A DNA stretch of 64,000 nt from an uncultured Bacilli bacterium (lineage in GTDB: Bacteria > Bacillota_I > Bacilli_A > RFN20 > CAG-826): assembly GCA_934700895.1 (NCBI GenBank), contig CAKUXV010000001.1, positions 199,733-263,732 on the forward strand, given 5' to 3'. A program made the translations under genes and the position numbers. The first letter of the stretch is position 1; every line of letters starts with the position of its first letter. Shown here piece by piece: positions 43,207-53,269 of the stretch. A model generated the notes under the pieces. The model had not been told where the DNA came from, ran no database searches, and saw only the letters and a program-made list of their open reading frames with translations.

Positions 43207-44127
43207 TTAGGCTTTTTGATAGGCGGAAGAGAAGATGTTATCCGTCGCCCCGTTAAAGTGGTTCCACATATTGAGAAGCATGTTAGCCTTGTCGTAGTTG
43301 TTGCTTCCGGAAAGGGTCCAAATCGCTTCAGAGATGCCATAGCGTCCCGCGTTCCAAGCTTCTTCAGAGAAGTCGACCAAGAAGACGGTCGGGACATCGA
43401 AGGTATCGATTTCGGGCATCGTGATGTGCTCATAATTGGAATCGGAGACGGAATTGTTGGTCTTGAAGGGGGCTTCTTGGAGTTCTGGTCCGACGTAGGA
43501 GAAGAAGTCGGCTCCGCCTTCACCGCCGTTCCATTTGTTGAGGTAACGGGAGAAAGCTTTCTTATCCGATTCGACTTCGTAGTCGTCGTCGTTGGTGGAA
43601 ACTTCGTCGGAGAAGATGGTCTTTAAGGCGAAATCTTTCTTGTCTTCGGCGTTGAAGCGTCCGCCCCAGTTATCTTGGAGAACTTGGAACGCATCGCGGA
43701 AGGTGTCGGAAGAAGAGGAATCGCGAGCAACGATGGCGAGGTAATATTTTTCGCCATAGTCGAAGACGCCTTGCTCCTTCATCGCGGCTTGGTAATCCGC
43801 ATAAGATTCATATTTGTCTTTGGAGTTGGTCGCGCTGGAACCGAGGAAGAGGGTCTTGGTGACTTTGTCGGCTTCGGTCATGACGGAAGTGGTTTTTCCG
43901 TTTTCGGTGATTAAGCGTCCTTCGCCTTCAAGGGAAAGACGGAACGAAGTGAAGTAGCCGGAGGAAGAATCCGCGCCCATGGCATTGAACCAAGTCGTGA
44001 ATTTCGGAATCGAGAAGATAACGGCGAAGATGGCTCCAACGATGAGAAGGGGCTGAACCCATGCGGTTTCGCGGATCCAACGCCACAATTTGGAGAAGCT
44101 TCCGCCAATTGCTTTTAGAATATTCAT
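43207..44127 (-). CDS. Hypothetical N-terminally anchored extracytoplasmic protein
   Basis: One TM segment (WVQPLLIVGAIFAVIFSI), then an acidic domain of about 270 aa with no motif I recognise. GGAGG RBS before the ATG at 44127. Confidence 0.55.
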   Translation of the reverse strand: MNILKAIGGSFSKLWRWIRETAWVQPLLIVGAIFAVIFSIPKFTTWFNAMGADSSSGYFTSFRLSLEGEGRLITENGKTTSVMTEADKVTKTLFLGSSATNSKDKYESYADYQAAMKEQGVFDYGEKYYLAIVARDSSSSDTFRDAFQVLQDNWGGRFNAEDKKDFALKTIFSDEVSTNDDDYEVESDKKAFSRYLNKWNGGEGGADFFSYVGPELQEAPFKTNNSVSDSNYEHITMPEIDTFDVPTVFLVDFSEEAWNAGRYGISEAIWTLSGSNNYDKANMLLNMWNHFNGATDNIFSSAYQKA

Positions 44128-44283
44128 AACGTCCTCCGATAAAAATAGGATGCCTGTAAAAACAGCGGGTAAATGATAGCACCCATTTTTAGGCTCATCA
44201 ACCAAGTACTTACTAAAGTAAGTGAAAATTGTCCACCGTATAAATCCTACCGGGTGGTTCTTCTTTTCGGAAAGGGGATGCTC

Positions 44284-44300
44284 TATAATCGTGAGCCATG
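44284..44300 (+). promoter_or_regulatory. -10 TATAAT, 8-nt spacer, ATG; no SD (putative leaderless)
   Basis: gctcTATAATcgtgagccATG. Confidence 0.5.
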
Positions 44301-45350
44301 AGCAATAATCACCGTTCTTGGAAAAAACGCGTCGAAGATAAACTGTATGATCATCCGATTCTTAAGGGCACCGTATTCAATGGGTGGAACGTTCTCATTC
44401 TCACATTTTCGGCCTTTATTTTGGCCATCGGCTATAAGTGTTTTTTGGTTCCCAATAGGCTGATCGCCGAAAGCGGTGGCGAGGTCACCAAACTCGTTTC
44501 TGGTGGCATGAGCGGTATTTCCCAGACCATAATCATGTTTCTGTCTTTATTTCTCTCTCATGATATCTTGACGGCCCAGGTGGAAAACATCCTTTTCTCT
44601 ATCTTCTATTTTGCCTTGAACATTCCTATTTTTATCCTCGCTTGGAAGGGGATTGGAAAACGTTTCACTGTTTATACTTTCTTAAATGTCATTCTTGTTT
44701 CGGTATTCGAAGCCCTGTTGTCCGTTTGGGATAATGGTTGGATTCATGACCTGGCGGTGTTTGCCAATAAAAATGGTGGCCTATTGGCCCGCGCGGTTTT
44801 TGCTGGCGTTTGCACCGGGCTTAGCAGTGGCCTTGCCTTCAAGGTCGACGGAAGCGGCGGAGGAATCGATGTCGTTGCCTATTATGTGGCATTAAAAAAG
44901 AACGTCTTGGTCGGTCGCTACTCCCTTATCATGAACTGCATCACCCTTGTGGTCTTCACCCTTCTTGGTTCCATCCAAATCTGGCAATTGGGAACCGGAA
45001 ATTCGATGCAATATATCGGAGGCGCCTGCTATTCCATCCTCTATTTGATGTCCACCTCCATGGTGATCGATGCCATCCATTTAAGAAACAAGAAAATGAA
45101 AATCGAAGTGGTTACCGACCACGAGGATTTGGGAAAAATCTTGATTGCCAACCTTCCTCACGCCGCAACGATCGTCAAAGGCGAAGGCGCGTATTCGGGC
45201 AAAGGTCGTTACCTCATCAAAATGGTGGTTTCCAGCTATGAAGTCAGCCATGCGGTCGCCGTCATTGAAAACGCCGACCCCAACGCCTTTATCGAAGTTG
45301 TGGAACTCAAACAGGTTTACGGACGTTTCTTCCTTCCACCCATCAAATAA
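44298..45350 (+). CDS. YitT-family membrane protein (DUF2179 C-terminal domain)
   Basis: 350 aa with 5-6 TM segments plus the C-terminal ...ATIVKGEGAYSGK...AFIEVVEL... typical of YitT. Confidence 0.75.
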   Translation: MSNNHRSWKKRVEDKLYDHPILKGTVFNGWNVLILTFSAFILAIGYKCFLVPNRLIAESGGEVTKLVSGGMSGISQTIIMFLSLFLSHDILTAQVENILFSIFYFALNIPIFILAWKGIGKRFTVYTFLNVILVSVFEALLSVWDNGWIHDLAVFANKNGGLLARAVFAGVCTGLSSGLAFKVDGSGGGIDVVAYYVALKKNVLVGRYSLIMNCITLVVFTLLGSIQIWQLGTGNSMQYIGGACYSILYLMSTSMVIDAIHLRNKKMKIEVVTDHEDLGKILIANLPHAATIVKGEGAYSGKGRYLIKMVVSSYEVSHAVAVIENADPNAFIEVVELKQVYGRFFLPPIK

Positions 45351-45360
45351 TTGAATGCTT

Positions 45361-45382
45361 ACCGCCAAACGGCGGTTTTTTA
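45361..45382 (+). terminator. Rho-independent terminator after the yitT-like gene
   Basis: ACCGCCaaacGGCGGTttttt. Confidence 0.75.
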
Positions 45383-46384
45383 TTCGGCCTTCAACGATCG
45401 GCTCATTAAGGATTCGGCAATTTTCCTAGGATTTTGATTTTCGTAGATGACGGCGTAAACCGCGTCAACGATGGGGACGCTGATGCCTTTTTTAGCCGCG
45501 ATTTCATGGATGATTTTCGTCGCCGGAATTCCTTCTACCGTCTTGGTTAAATTGTTTAAAACGATGGAGGCGTCGTTTGCTTTCCCCACCTCGTATCCAA
45601 AACTATAGTTTCGCGATTGCTTGCTGGAACAGGTTAAGAACAAATCTCCAACCCCTGTTAACCCCAAAAAGGTTTTTTCTTGGGCGCCGGAATGGACGCC
45701 AAAACGAGTGATTTCCGCTAATCCACGTGTAATTAAAGAGGCCCTGGCGTTATCCCCATACCCAAGTCCACCAAGGATTCCGCTGGCGATGGCGATGATG
45801 TTTTTCATGCCGCACCCCACCTCGGCCCCGATCACATCGCTTTGGGTATAAACGCGGAAAGAAGGAGTGGAGAATAGTTGTTGAACTTCGATTGCGTCGT
45901 CTTTATTTTGCGAAATCGCGGCGATGCAGGTGGAATCCCCGTTCATAACCTCGCTAGCAAAGGTGGGACCCATCATCGATATGAATCCGCGGATGGAATC
46001 CCCCATGATTCCTTGGATGAGACTCGATAATCCTAATCCTGTTTTCTCATCGAATCCCTTGGTAAGAGAAACCATCAAGGGTTTGGTTTTTAGCAATTTG
46101 GCCACCTCGGGGAGAACGCTAGAAACCGCTCCGCTAGGCAAAGCCAAAACCAAAAGGTCGATATCCGCTAATGCGTCTTTTAAAGATAAAGTCGCACTGA
46201 TATTATCGGCAAGTTTCTTGCCTGGAAAGTACTTGGGATTTTCATGACGAAGCGAAATATCTTCAATTTCCGTCGGGTTTTTGCCCCATAAGATAATCTG
46301 GCGAGAAGGGTTGGAACTTAAAACGGAGGCGAGGGCCGTCCCCCAAGCTCCGGATCCCAAGAATGCGATTTTGGTATGTTTCAT
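45380..46384 (-). CDS. gpsA: NAD(P)H-dependent glycerol-3-phosphate dehydrogenase
   Basis: 334 aa: KIAFLGSGAWGTALA and ...GLKNIIAIA-like GMKNIIAIASG. Confidence 0.92.
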   Translation of the reverse strand: MKHTKIAFLGSGAWGTALASVLSSNPSRQIILWGKNPTEIEDISLRHENPKYFPGKKLADNISATLSLKDALADIDLLVLALPSGAVSSVLPEVAKLLKTKPLMVSLTKGFDEKTGLGLSSLIQGIMGDSIRGFISMMGPTFASEVMNGDSTCIAAISQNKDDAIEVQQLFSTPSFRVYTQSDVIGAEVGCGMKNIIAIASGILGGLGYGDNARASLITRGLAEITRFGVHSGAQEKTFLGLTGVGDLFLTCSSKQSRNYSFGYEVGKANDASIVLNNLTKTVEGIPATKIIHEIAAKKGISVPIVDAVYAVIYENQNPRKIAESLMSRSLKAE

Positions 46385-46396
46385 GCCCTTATTTTA
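46382..46396 (-). promoter_or_regulatory. -10 TAAAAT, 6-nt spacer, ATG; no SD (putative leaderless gpsA)
   Basis: Minus strand reads cttcTAAAATaagggcATG. Confidence 0.5.
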
Positions 46397-46464
46397 GAAG
46401 GGGTGAGTTGAAAAGGGAAAGGACACGCTCCAAAAAAAGAAGAGCCACGTAGAGGCGAATTTGC

Positions 46465-46483
46465 TAAAATCTACCCGCTTATG
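46465..46483 (+). promoter_or_regulatory. Extended -10 TGcTAAAAT, 10-nt spacer, ATG; no SD
   Basis: ttTGcTAAAATctacccgcttATG. Confidence 0.45.
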
Positions 46484-47062
46484 GAAAACCCAAACCCCAT
46501 TTCTTCTCAAGCGGAAAAGAAATCTTCATGGCGTCATCCTGCGATTCAACGGATGTGCTTTGTCGGCGTATTTACCGCCCTGATGTGCGTCCTCTCCCCC
46601 TTATCGATTCCCATTGAGCCTATCTCCATCACAATGGCGACGCTTGTTCTTTATTTCATCGGGGCATTATTGGATTGGAAATGGTCTGCTCTAGTCATGC
46701 TGCTGTATTTGCTATTAGGCAGCGTAGGCTTGCCCGTATTCTCCAAATTCCAAGGCGGTTTTCAAGTCATTCTTGGTCCTAGTGGTGGATTCCTGATCGG
46801 ATATTTGCCGTGTGTTGTCATCGAATCGCTTTTAATTGGATTCTTCAAAGACAAGAAGTGGATGTATCCCCTTGCCATGATTGCCGGGACCATCGTCCTT
46901 TATGCAATCGGGGTTTTGTGGTTCATGCTTTATCTTGGAAATGGCTTTGGCAAAGCAATGGCCGCCTGCGTGATTCCCTTTTTGCCCGGGGACGCCTTAA
47001 AGATTGCCGTCGCCAGCATTTTCTCCCTTCGCCTCCGCCCGTTATTTGATAAAAAACGATAA
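46481..47062 (+). CDS. bioY: Biotin transporter BioY (solitary S-component)
   Basis: 193 aa with 5-6 TM segments and BioY-like ...PITLQ-type ...PISITMATLVLYF...GPSGGFLIGY.... Confidence 0.85.
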   Translation: MENPNPISSQAEKKSSWRHPAIQRMCFVGVFTALMCVLSPLSIPIEPISITMATLVLYFIGALLDWKWSALVMLLYLLLGSVGLPVFSKFQGGFQVILGPSGGFLIGYLPCVVIESLLIGFFKDKKWMYPLAMIAGTIVLYAIGVLWFMLYLGNGFGKAMAACVIPFLPGDALKIAVASIFSLRLRPLFDKKR

Positions 47063-47080
47063 ATCCCCGTTTCAAAATCT

Positions 47081-47107
47081 AGTCTCCTTTTTCGGGGGAC
47101 TATTTTC
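47081..47107 (+). terminator. Rho-independent terminator after bioY
   Basis: AGTCTCCtttttcGGGGGACTatttt. Confidence 0.65.
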
Positions 47108-47312
47108 ATATACGGAAACAATGAAATGTTTCGCAGAATCATCGATTCGAATCGGTAATTCCCAAAGGGATGAAAGGAAAAACCGAGTTTTTTGTTGGTA
47201 AATCGGTCAAAATTTACCAGTTGTCCAAAAAACCCTATTCGAAAAGGGCTCGAATGGTTTACAATGGGTTCGATTTTGGAGCAAATTTCCAGCTCTAAAA
47301 AGGAGTATAGAC

Positions 47313-48680
47313 ATGGGAGTAAAAATTGTTGACACGGCCCTCCGAGACGGTTCGCAATCCCTGCTTGCCACGCGCTTAACGACGGAAGAGATTCTTCGCG
47401 TTGCGCCTTTAATGGACCAAGCGGGTTTCTATGCGTTAGAAGTCTGGGGCGGGGCGACTTTTGATTCGTGCCTTCGTTTCTTGGACGAAGACCCCTGGGA
47501 GAGGCTAAGAGCGATTCGCAAAGCCTGTCCGAACACGAAGCTTCAAATGCTTTTCCGTGGGCAAAACATCTTGGGATATCACCATTACCCGGACGATATC
47601 GTCGAGAAATTTGTCCAGAAATCGCTAGAAAACGGCATCGACATCATTCGTGTCTTCGACGCGCTTAATGATGTACGCAACCTCAAATCCGCGGTGGACG
47701 CCTGCAAGAAATACGGCGGCCATTGCCAAATCGCCCTTTCCTATACGACGAGCCCGATTCACACGGTTTCCTATTATGTAGAACTCGCCAAAGAAATTGA
47801 GAAGATGGGCGCCGATAGCCTTTGCATTAAAGATATGGCGGGCGTTTTGCTTCCTGAAGACGCCTATTCCCTCATCACCCAATTGAAGAAGGACACCAAA
47901 CTGCCAATTGAACTCCATAGCCACTGCACGGGTGGGGTTTGCTCGCTCACCTATCGCCGCGCGATTGAAGCGGGCGTCGATATTATCGACACGGCTCTCT
48001 CGCCTTTAAGCGGTGGAACTTCCCAACCCCCGACCGAAGCCTTCAACTATGCTTTGAAAGGCACTCAATACGACCCCAAACTCAACCAAGAAAAATTGGA
48101 TGAAGCGGCCGCGATCCTTAATCCAATCAAAGAAAAATACCTCAAAAAAGGCATCTTGAAGCCCAAGGCGCTTTCCTGCAACCCGAGCATTTTGAAATAC
48201 CAAGTTCCCGGCGGTATGCTCTCCAACCTCATGAGCCAACTTGAAAAGCAAGGTGCCATGGATAAATACGACGCGGTTTTGCAAGAAGTTCCGCGGGTTA
48301 GAAAAGACCTCGGATATCCGCCTCTTGTCACCCCGCTTTCCCAGATGGTGGGCACCCAAGCCGTTATGAACGTCATCACGGGAGAACGTTATAAGATGGT
48401 CCCCAAGGAAATTAAAGACTATCTCCATGGTTTATACGGCAAAGCCCCGGCGCCCGTAGATCCGGCGATCCAAAAGAAGATCATTGGCAACGACGAGGTG
48501 ATCACCTATCGCCCTGCCGATAAACTGGCCCCGGAATTTGAAGAGCTAAAGAAGAAATACAAGAAGATTGCCAAGACGGATGAAGACGTCCTTTCGATTG
48601 CCTTGTTTGATCAAGTGGCCATCTCGTTCTTAAAGAAGAAATACGGACTGGAGGCGGAGGAATTCTCCGTTAGCCTATGA
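47313..48680 (+). CDS. oadA: Oxaloacetate decarboxylase alpha subunit, carboxyltransferase (5S/HMGL-like + PYC_OADA) part; no fused biotinyl domain
   Basis: 455 aa: VKIVDTALRDGSQSL... and ...HSHCTGG.... AAGGAG RBS. Confidence 0.85.
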   Translation: MGVKIVDTALRDGSQSLLATRLTTEEILRVAPLMDQAGFYALEVWGGATFDSCLRFLDEDPWERLRAIRKACPNTKLQMLFRGQNILGYHHYPDDIVEKFVQKSLENGIDIIRVFDALNDVRNLKSAVDACKKYGGHCQIALSYTTSPIHTVSYYVELAKEIEKMGADSLCIKDMAGVLLPEDAYSLITQLKKDTKLPIELHSHCTGGVCSLTYRRAIEAGVDIIDTALSPLSGGTSQPPTEAFNYALKGTQYDPKLNQEKLDEAAAILNPIKEKYLKKGILKPKALSCNPSILKYQVPGGMLSNLMSQLEKQGAMDKYDAVLQEVPRVRKDLGYPPLVTPLSQMVGTQAVMNVITGERYKMVPKEIKDYLHGLYGKAPAPVDPAIQKKIIGNDEVITYRPADKLAPEFEELKKKYKKIAKTDEDVLSIALFDQVAISFLKKKYGLEAEEFSVSL

Positions 48681-48985
48681 CGGTTCTTTTTGAAAGCTCT
48701 TCCTTCCACTGGGACATCAACAATTTTGGAGACGCCGCCCTTCTATCGCTATTATGCGTCTTGATGGTCTTCGTGGTTTTGGCCGTCATCACATTGATTC
48801 TAATGGGTCTCAACCAGATTCGCGCCTTAGACGTCAAAGAAACCGTCACGATGCAAGATGGGACGGTCTTAGATGAAGACGCGATTGCTGCGGTGCTTGT
48901 TGCGAGCATCGATTACCGCAAGTCCACCAAAGAAGATTTCAAAGTCGTCAGCTGCAAACTCATCGATGAGGAGAAGAAAAAATGA
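48677..48985 (+). CDS. OadG-like gamma subunit (single TM)
   Basis: 102 aa with one TM segment (ALLSLLCVLMVFVVLAVITLILMGL). Its position between the alpha and BCCP genes, with 4-nt start/stop overlaps on both sides, fits OadG. Confidence 0.6.
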   Translation: MTVLFESSSFHWDINNFGDAALLSLLCVLMVFVVLAVITLILMGLNQIRALDVKETVTMQDGTVLDEDAIAAVLVASIDYRKSTKEDFKVVSCKLIDEEKKK

Positions 48986-49359
48986 GAATCTACAAAGTCA
49001 AAGTCAACGGAAAGACCTTTGAGGTCAAAATCCTTTCCGTTTCGGAAACCGAACCCTTGGAAGTGGGAACCGTGAAAGCGGCCTCTGCCGCTCAAACAGC
49101 GGCTCCTACCGCGCCAGCCCCCGCTACCCCCGCAGGCCCCGTTTCCAGCAAACCCGTCGAATCCCCGATGCAAGGAACGATCCTTGACGTGAAGGTCAAA
49201 GTGGGCGACGAAGTGAAAGCCGGGGATACCCTTTTGATTCTCGAAGCCATGAAACTCGAAAACGAAATCAAAGCCCCAAGTAACGGCAAGGTTTTGGAAA
49301 TCCGCGTCCAAAAAGGCGCGTCGGTAAACAGCAAGGACGTTTTAGTCGTCTTGGGGTAA
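48982..49359 (+). CDS. Biotin carboxyl carrier protein (biotinyl/lipoyl domain)
   Basis: 125 aa with an Ala/Pro linker and the biotinylation motif EAMKLEN. Confidence 0.85.
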   Translation: MRIYKVKVNGKTFEVKILSVSETEPLEVGTVKAASAAQTAAPTAPAPATPAGPVSSKPVESPMQGTILDVKVKVGDEVKAGDTLLILEAMKLENEIKAPSNGKVLEIRVQKGASVNSKDVLVVLG

Positions 49360-49365
49360 GAGGCC

Positions 49366-50625
49366 ATGACCGCGCTTCTATATAACGATGTCGGCGGTTT
49401 CTTCCAAGGTTTTTGGGAGAACACCGGCTTCGCCCAATTCTTTACCGATGGGGGATGGAAAAACCTCATCATGATAGCAGTGGCTATATTGCTGCTATAT
49501 CTGGCCATTTTCCGGAAGGCCGAGCCCTATTTGCTTATCCCAATGGGCGTGGGGATGTTGCTCGCTAACCTTCCGCTCTCTCACATCATGGACCCCGTCT
49601 ATAAGACGGTGGATGGCGGTAATGCCATTTGGGTGGAGCACGTCGAATACAAAGGCTTGCTTGGCCTGTTTTATCCCAATGGCGAAGACGTCAAACAAAT
49701 CGCGGGGTATGAAGGGCTATTAGGCGTCCTTTATAACGGCATTAAATACGAAATCTACCCCTGCCTTATTTTCCTTGGCATTGGAGCAACGACTGATTTC
49801 GGTCCATTGATCTCCAACCCCAAGACCATGCTTCTTGGCGCAGCTGCCCAAATCGGCATCTTCGTCACGTTCATGCTTGCCGTTGCCTGTGGGTTCACCC
49901 CTGCTCAGGCCGGTTCAATTGGCATCATCGGGGGAGCCGATGGCCCCACGGCCATTTTGACGACCACAAAACTGGCCCCCGAACTCCTCTCATCGATTGC
50001 CATTGCCGCCTATTCCTACATGGCTCTTGTCCCCTTCATTCAGCCTCCGGTCATCCGTTTGCTGACGACCAAGAAGGAACGCATGATCCACATGGATATG
50101 CCCAAACCCGTCTCCAAAACCAAGAAAATCATCTTCCCGATTTTGGTAACGGCCATCGTTGTCCTCATCGTTCCTAGCTGCGCACCCCTTATTGGTTGCT
50201 TGATGTTTGGCAACCTCATCAAAGAAAGCGGTGTTGTTCCTAAGCTAGTGGAAAACGCCTCGAACGCCTTGCTTTATATCGTGACGATCCTTTTGGGCTT
50301 AACGGTAGGAGCGACGGCTTCGGCGGAAACCTTCTTAACCGCGAAAACCCTTCTCATCTTTGTCCTTGGCGTTGTTGCCTTCATCATGGCGACCGCGGGT
50401 GGGGTTCTCATTGGCAAATTGATGTGCGTCTTAACCAAAGGCAAAGTCAATCCGATGATTGGCGCGGCGGGCGTCTCCGCCGTTCCGATGGCGGCTCGCG
50501 TCGTCCAAAAAGAAGGAGTTCGCGAAGATCCCTCTAACTTCTTACTCATGCACGCGATGGGACCGAACGTGGCTGGCGTTATCGGCTCTGCCGTTGCCGC
50601 TGGCTTGCTTATGATGCTTCTCTAA
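49366..50625 (+). CDS. oadB: Na+-translocating decarboxylase beta subunit
   Basis: 419 aa polytopic membrane protein with the OadB/GcdB-family pattern (...GIIGGADGPT..., ...IGAAGVSAVPMAARV...). Confidence 0.85.
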   Translation: MTALLYNDVGGFFQGFWENTGFAQFFTDGGWKNLIMIAVAILLLYLAIFRKAEPYLLIPMGVGMLLANLPLSHIMDPVYKTVDGGNAIWVEHVEYKGLLGLFYPNGEDVKQIAGYEGLLGVLYNGIKYEIYPCLIFLGIGATTDFGPLISNPKTMLLGAAAQIGIFVTFMLAVACGFTPAQAGSIGIIGGADGPTAILTTTKLAPELLSSIAIAAYSYMALVPFIQPPVIRLLTTKKERMIHMDMPKPVSKTKKIIFPILVTAIVVLIVPSCAPLIGCLMFGNLIKESGVVPKLVENASNALLYIVTILLGLTVGATASAETFLTAKTLLIFVLGVVAFIMATAGGVLIGKLMCVLTKGKVNPMIGAAGVSAVPMAARVVQKEGVREDPSNFLLMHAMGPNVAGVIGSAVAAGLLMMLL

Positions 50626-50630
50626 GGAAT

Positions 50631-51383
50631 ATGAATCACCGCATCCTTGCTTTTGAAATCTTGCCGTCTACTTCGGATTATTTGAAGGAAAACCTTTCTT
50701 CTTTGGAAGATGGGGTTGTCGTGACGGCGATTTCTCAAAGCAAGGGGCGCGGCAGAAGGGGAAGAAGCTGGGAGTCGTCGGAAGGAGATTTAATCTTCTC
50801 CTTATTATTAAAGGACGTATCTTTCCCCACTCTCTTGCCCGTTCTTCCCTTAATAAGCGGAGTCGCTTTGTCTCTAGCTTTAGAAACGTATGGGGTACAG
50901 CCGCTGATTAAGTGGCCCAATGACTTGTATCTAGAGGGCAAAAAGATTGCCGGAATCCTCTGCGAAGGAATCGCGGAAGGAGAAAAGCAATCCGCAATCG
51001 TTGGAATTGGAGCGAATCTCGCTTCCCGCCCCTTCCCCCAAGACATTGCGTTCAAAGCGGAAAGCCTTGGGAATCTTGGCTATCTCATTCCGAAAGAAGA
51101 ACTACTACAGACATTCTTAGAACGATTCGATACCTTCGTTCAGTTGGCCTTAGCGGGTCAAGCGGACTGGTTCCCTCTTCTAGAAAGTCGTGATTATCTA
51201 AAAAACCAAACGGTTCACCTCAACTATTACGGAGAAAACCTTTGCGGAATCGCGAAGGGAATTGCTTCTAACGGAGCATTGCTCGTAGAAAATAACGGGC
51301 AAATCAAACAGGTTACTTCGGGGGAGGCGAGTTTATCGCCCGACTCGGATAATAATAAAGAAAAGGAGCTTACACATGCTTAA
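50631..51383 (+). CDS. birA: Biotin-protein ligase, group I (no N-terminal HTH)
   Basis: 250 aa with GRGRRGRSW. Confidence 0.88.
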   Translation: MNHRILAFEILPSTSDYLKENLSSLEDGVVVTAISQSKGRGRRGRSWESSEGDLIFSLLLKDVSFPTLLPVLPLISGVALSLALETYGVQPLIKWPNDLYLEGKKIAGILCEGIAEGEKQSAIVGIGANLASRPFPQDIAFKAESLGNLGYLIPKEELLQTFLERFDTFVQLALAGQADWFPLLESRDYLKNQTVHLNYYGENLCGIAKGIASNGALLVENNGQIKQVTSGEASLSPDSDNNKEKELTHA

Positions 51384-52986
51384 ACCATCGGATTTGGAAG
51401 CCTATGGCATCCAAGGGGCAACGGAAGTTATCTATAACCCCTCCTACGAAATGCTTTTCGAGGAAGAAACAAAATCCACCCTCGAAGGTTATGAAAAGGG
51501 CCAAGTGACCGAACTTGGTGCAGTCAACGTCATGACTGGCGTCTTCACCGGACGCTCGCCCAAAGACAAATATATCGTCGTCGATTCGAATTCGAAGGAC
51601 ACCGTGTGGTGGAATTCCCCCGAATATCCTAACGATAACCATCCCATGAGCGAAGAAACCTGGGCTAAAGTCAAGAAACTCGCCATTGAGGAACTCTGCG
51701 GAAAACGTCTCTTCGTCGTCGATGCTTTCTGCGGTGCGAACAAAGACACTCGCATGGCCGTTCGCTTCGTCGTTGAAGTTGCCTGGCAAGCCCATTTCAT
51801 CCGCAACATGTTCATCCGTCCTAGCGAAGAAGAACTGAAGAACTTCAAGCCGGACTTCATCGTTTATAACGCGTCAAAAGCCAAAGTCGATAACTTCAAA
51901 GAACTTGGCCTCCATAGCGAAACCTGCGTTGCCTTCAATATCACTTCTCGCGAGCAAGTCATCCTCAACACCTGGTATGGCGGTGAAATGAAGAAGGGTA
52001 TGTTCTCGATGATGAACTACTACCTCCCCTTAAAAGGCATTGCTTCCATGCATTGCTCCGCCAACACGGATAAGAAGGGCGAGAATACCGCTATTTTCTT
52101 TGGACTTTCCGGAACTGGCAAAACCACCCTTTCCACCGATCCAAAGCGCTTGCTCATCGGCGACGACGAACATGGTTGGGACGATAATGGCGTCTTCAAC
52201 TTCGAAGGCGGATGCTATGCCAAAGTCATCAATCTCGACAAAGAATCCGAACCGGATATCTATAACGCGATTCGTCGCGACGCTTTGCTAGAAAACGTCA
52301 CGGTCGATGGCAATGGCAAGATTGATTTCGCCGATAAGTCCGTCACAGAAAATACCCGCGTTTCCTATCCGATCGACCACATCGAAAACATCGTCAAGCC
52401 GATTTCCCATGGACCGGCCGCGAAAAACGTCATCTTCCTTTCCGCGGATGCCTTCGGTGTTTTACCCCCTGTTTCGATTTTGACCCCGGAGCAAACCCAA
52501 TATTATTTCCTCTCCGGCTTCACGGCGAAACTCGCGGGAACCGAGCGTGGCATTACCGAACCGACTCCGACCTTCTCTGCTTGCTTTGGTCAAGCCTTCC
52601 TCGAACTTCATCCGACCAAATACGCCCAAGAATTGGTGAAGAAGATGAAGATGAGCGGAGCCAAAGCTTATCTTGTCAACACCGGTTGGAATGGTTCTGG
52701 CAAGCGTATCTCCATCAAAGATACCCGCGGTATCATCGATGCCATCTTGAACGGAGCGATCCTTTCCGCCCCGACCAAGAAGATTCCGTTCTTCGATTTC
52801 GAAGTTCCGACGGAACTCCCGGGCGTGGATTCCCATATCCTCGATCCGCGCGACACCTATGCGGAAAAAGGTGTTTGGGAAGGCAAGGCCAAAGATTTGG
52901 CTGGCCGCTTCCAAAAGAATTTCGTCAAATACGAATCCAACGATGCCGGCAAGGCACTTGTAAAAGCCGGACCAAAGCTCGACTAA
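51376..52986 (+). CDS. pckA: ATP-dependent phosphoenolpyruvate carboxykinase
   Basis: 536 aa: ...[13 protein letters not shown]... and ...IGDDEHGW.... The start overlaps the birA stop by 8 nt. Confidence 0.93.
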   Translation: MLKPSDLEAYGIQGATEVIYNPSYEMLFEEETKSTLEGYEKGQVTELGAVNVMTGVFTGRSPKDKYIVVDSNSKDTVWWNSPEYPNDNHPMSEETWAKVKKLAIEELCGKRLFVVDAFCGANKDTRMAVRFVVEVAWQAHFIRNMFIRPSEEELKNFKPDFIVYNASKAKVDNFKELGLHSETCVAFNITSREQVILNTWYGGEMKKGMFSMMNYYLPLKGIASMHCSANTDKKGENTAIFFGLSGTGKTTLSTDPKRLLIGDDEHGWDDNGVFNFEGGCYAKVINLDKESEPDIYNAIRRDALLENVTVDGNGKIDFADKSVTENTRVSYPIDHIENIVKPISHGPAAKNVIFLSADAFGVLPPVSILTPEQTQYYFLSGFTAKLAGTERGITEPTPTFSACFGQAFLELHPTKYAQELVKKMKMSGAKAYLVNTGWNGSGKRISIKDTRGIIDAILNGAILSAPTKKIPFFDFEVPTELPGVDSHILDPRDTYAEKGVWEGKAKDLAGRFQKNFVKYESNDAGKALVKAGPKLD

Positions 52987-53004
52987 GCTGAGTTTGACCA
53001 TGTG

Positions 53005-53038
53005 TCCCCCTCCTTTTTGAGAAGAAGGGGGATTTTTC
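53005..53038 (+). terminator. Rho-independent terminator after pckA
   Basis: TCCCCCtcctttttgagaagaaGGGGGAttttt. Confidence 0.7.
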
Positions 53039-53045
53039 ATGCACG

Positions 53046-53067
53046 AAAAAAGCTGCCCGAAGGCAGC
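53046..53067 (-). terminator. Rho-independent terminator after tRNA-Ser(CGA)
   Basis: Minus strand reads GCTGCCttcgGGCAGCtttttt. Confidence 0.8.
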
Positions 53068-53079
53068 CGATGCACTGAT

Positions 53080-53171
53080 TGGCGGAGAAACAGGGATTCG
53101 AACCCTGGCTGGAGCATGACCCCACTAACGGTTTTCGAAACCGCCCCCTTCAACCGCTTGGGTATTTCTCC
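53080..53171 (-). tRNA. tRNA-Ser(CGA), class II
   Basis: Acceptor ggagaaa/tttctcc, anticodon stem gcggt/accgt, loop ttCGAaa, T-loop ggttcgaatcc, CCA encoded. Confidence 0.88.
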
Positions 53172-53269
53172 AAGTTCAAGGTGCGATAGGTATGTTACCA
53201 TTCCTTTTTCTTCTAGGCAAGAAGGACCTTTTTGCGTTTTACCACATAGTGGTATATCCTTTAAGAGTT

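Noticed and set aside
46385-46480. BirA operator controlling bioY.
   Set aside because: The BirA encoded at 50631..51383 is the short group I type without an N-terminal DNA-binding domain. No BirA-type palindrome is visible upstream of bioY.
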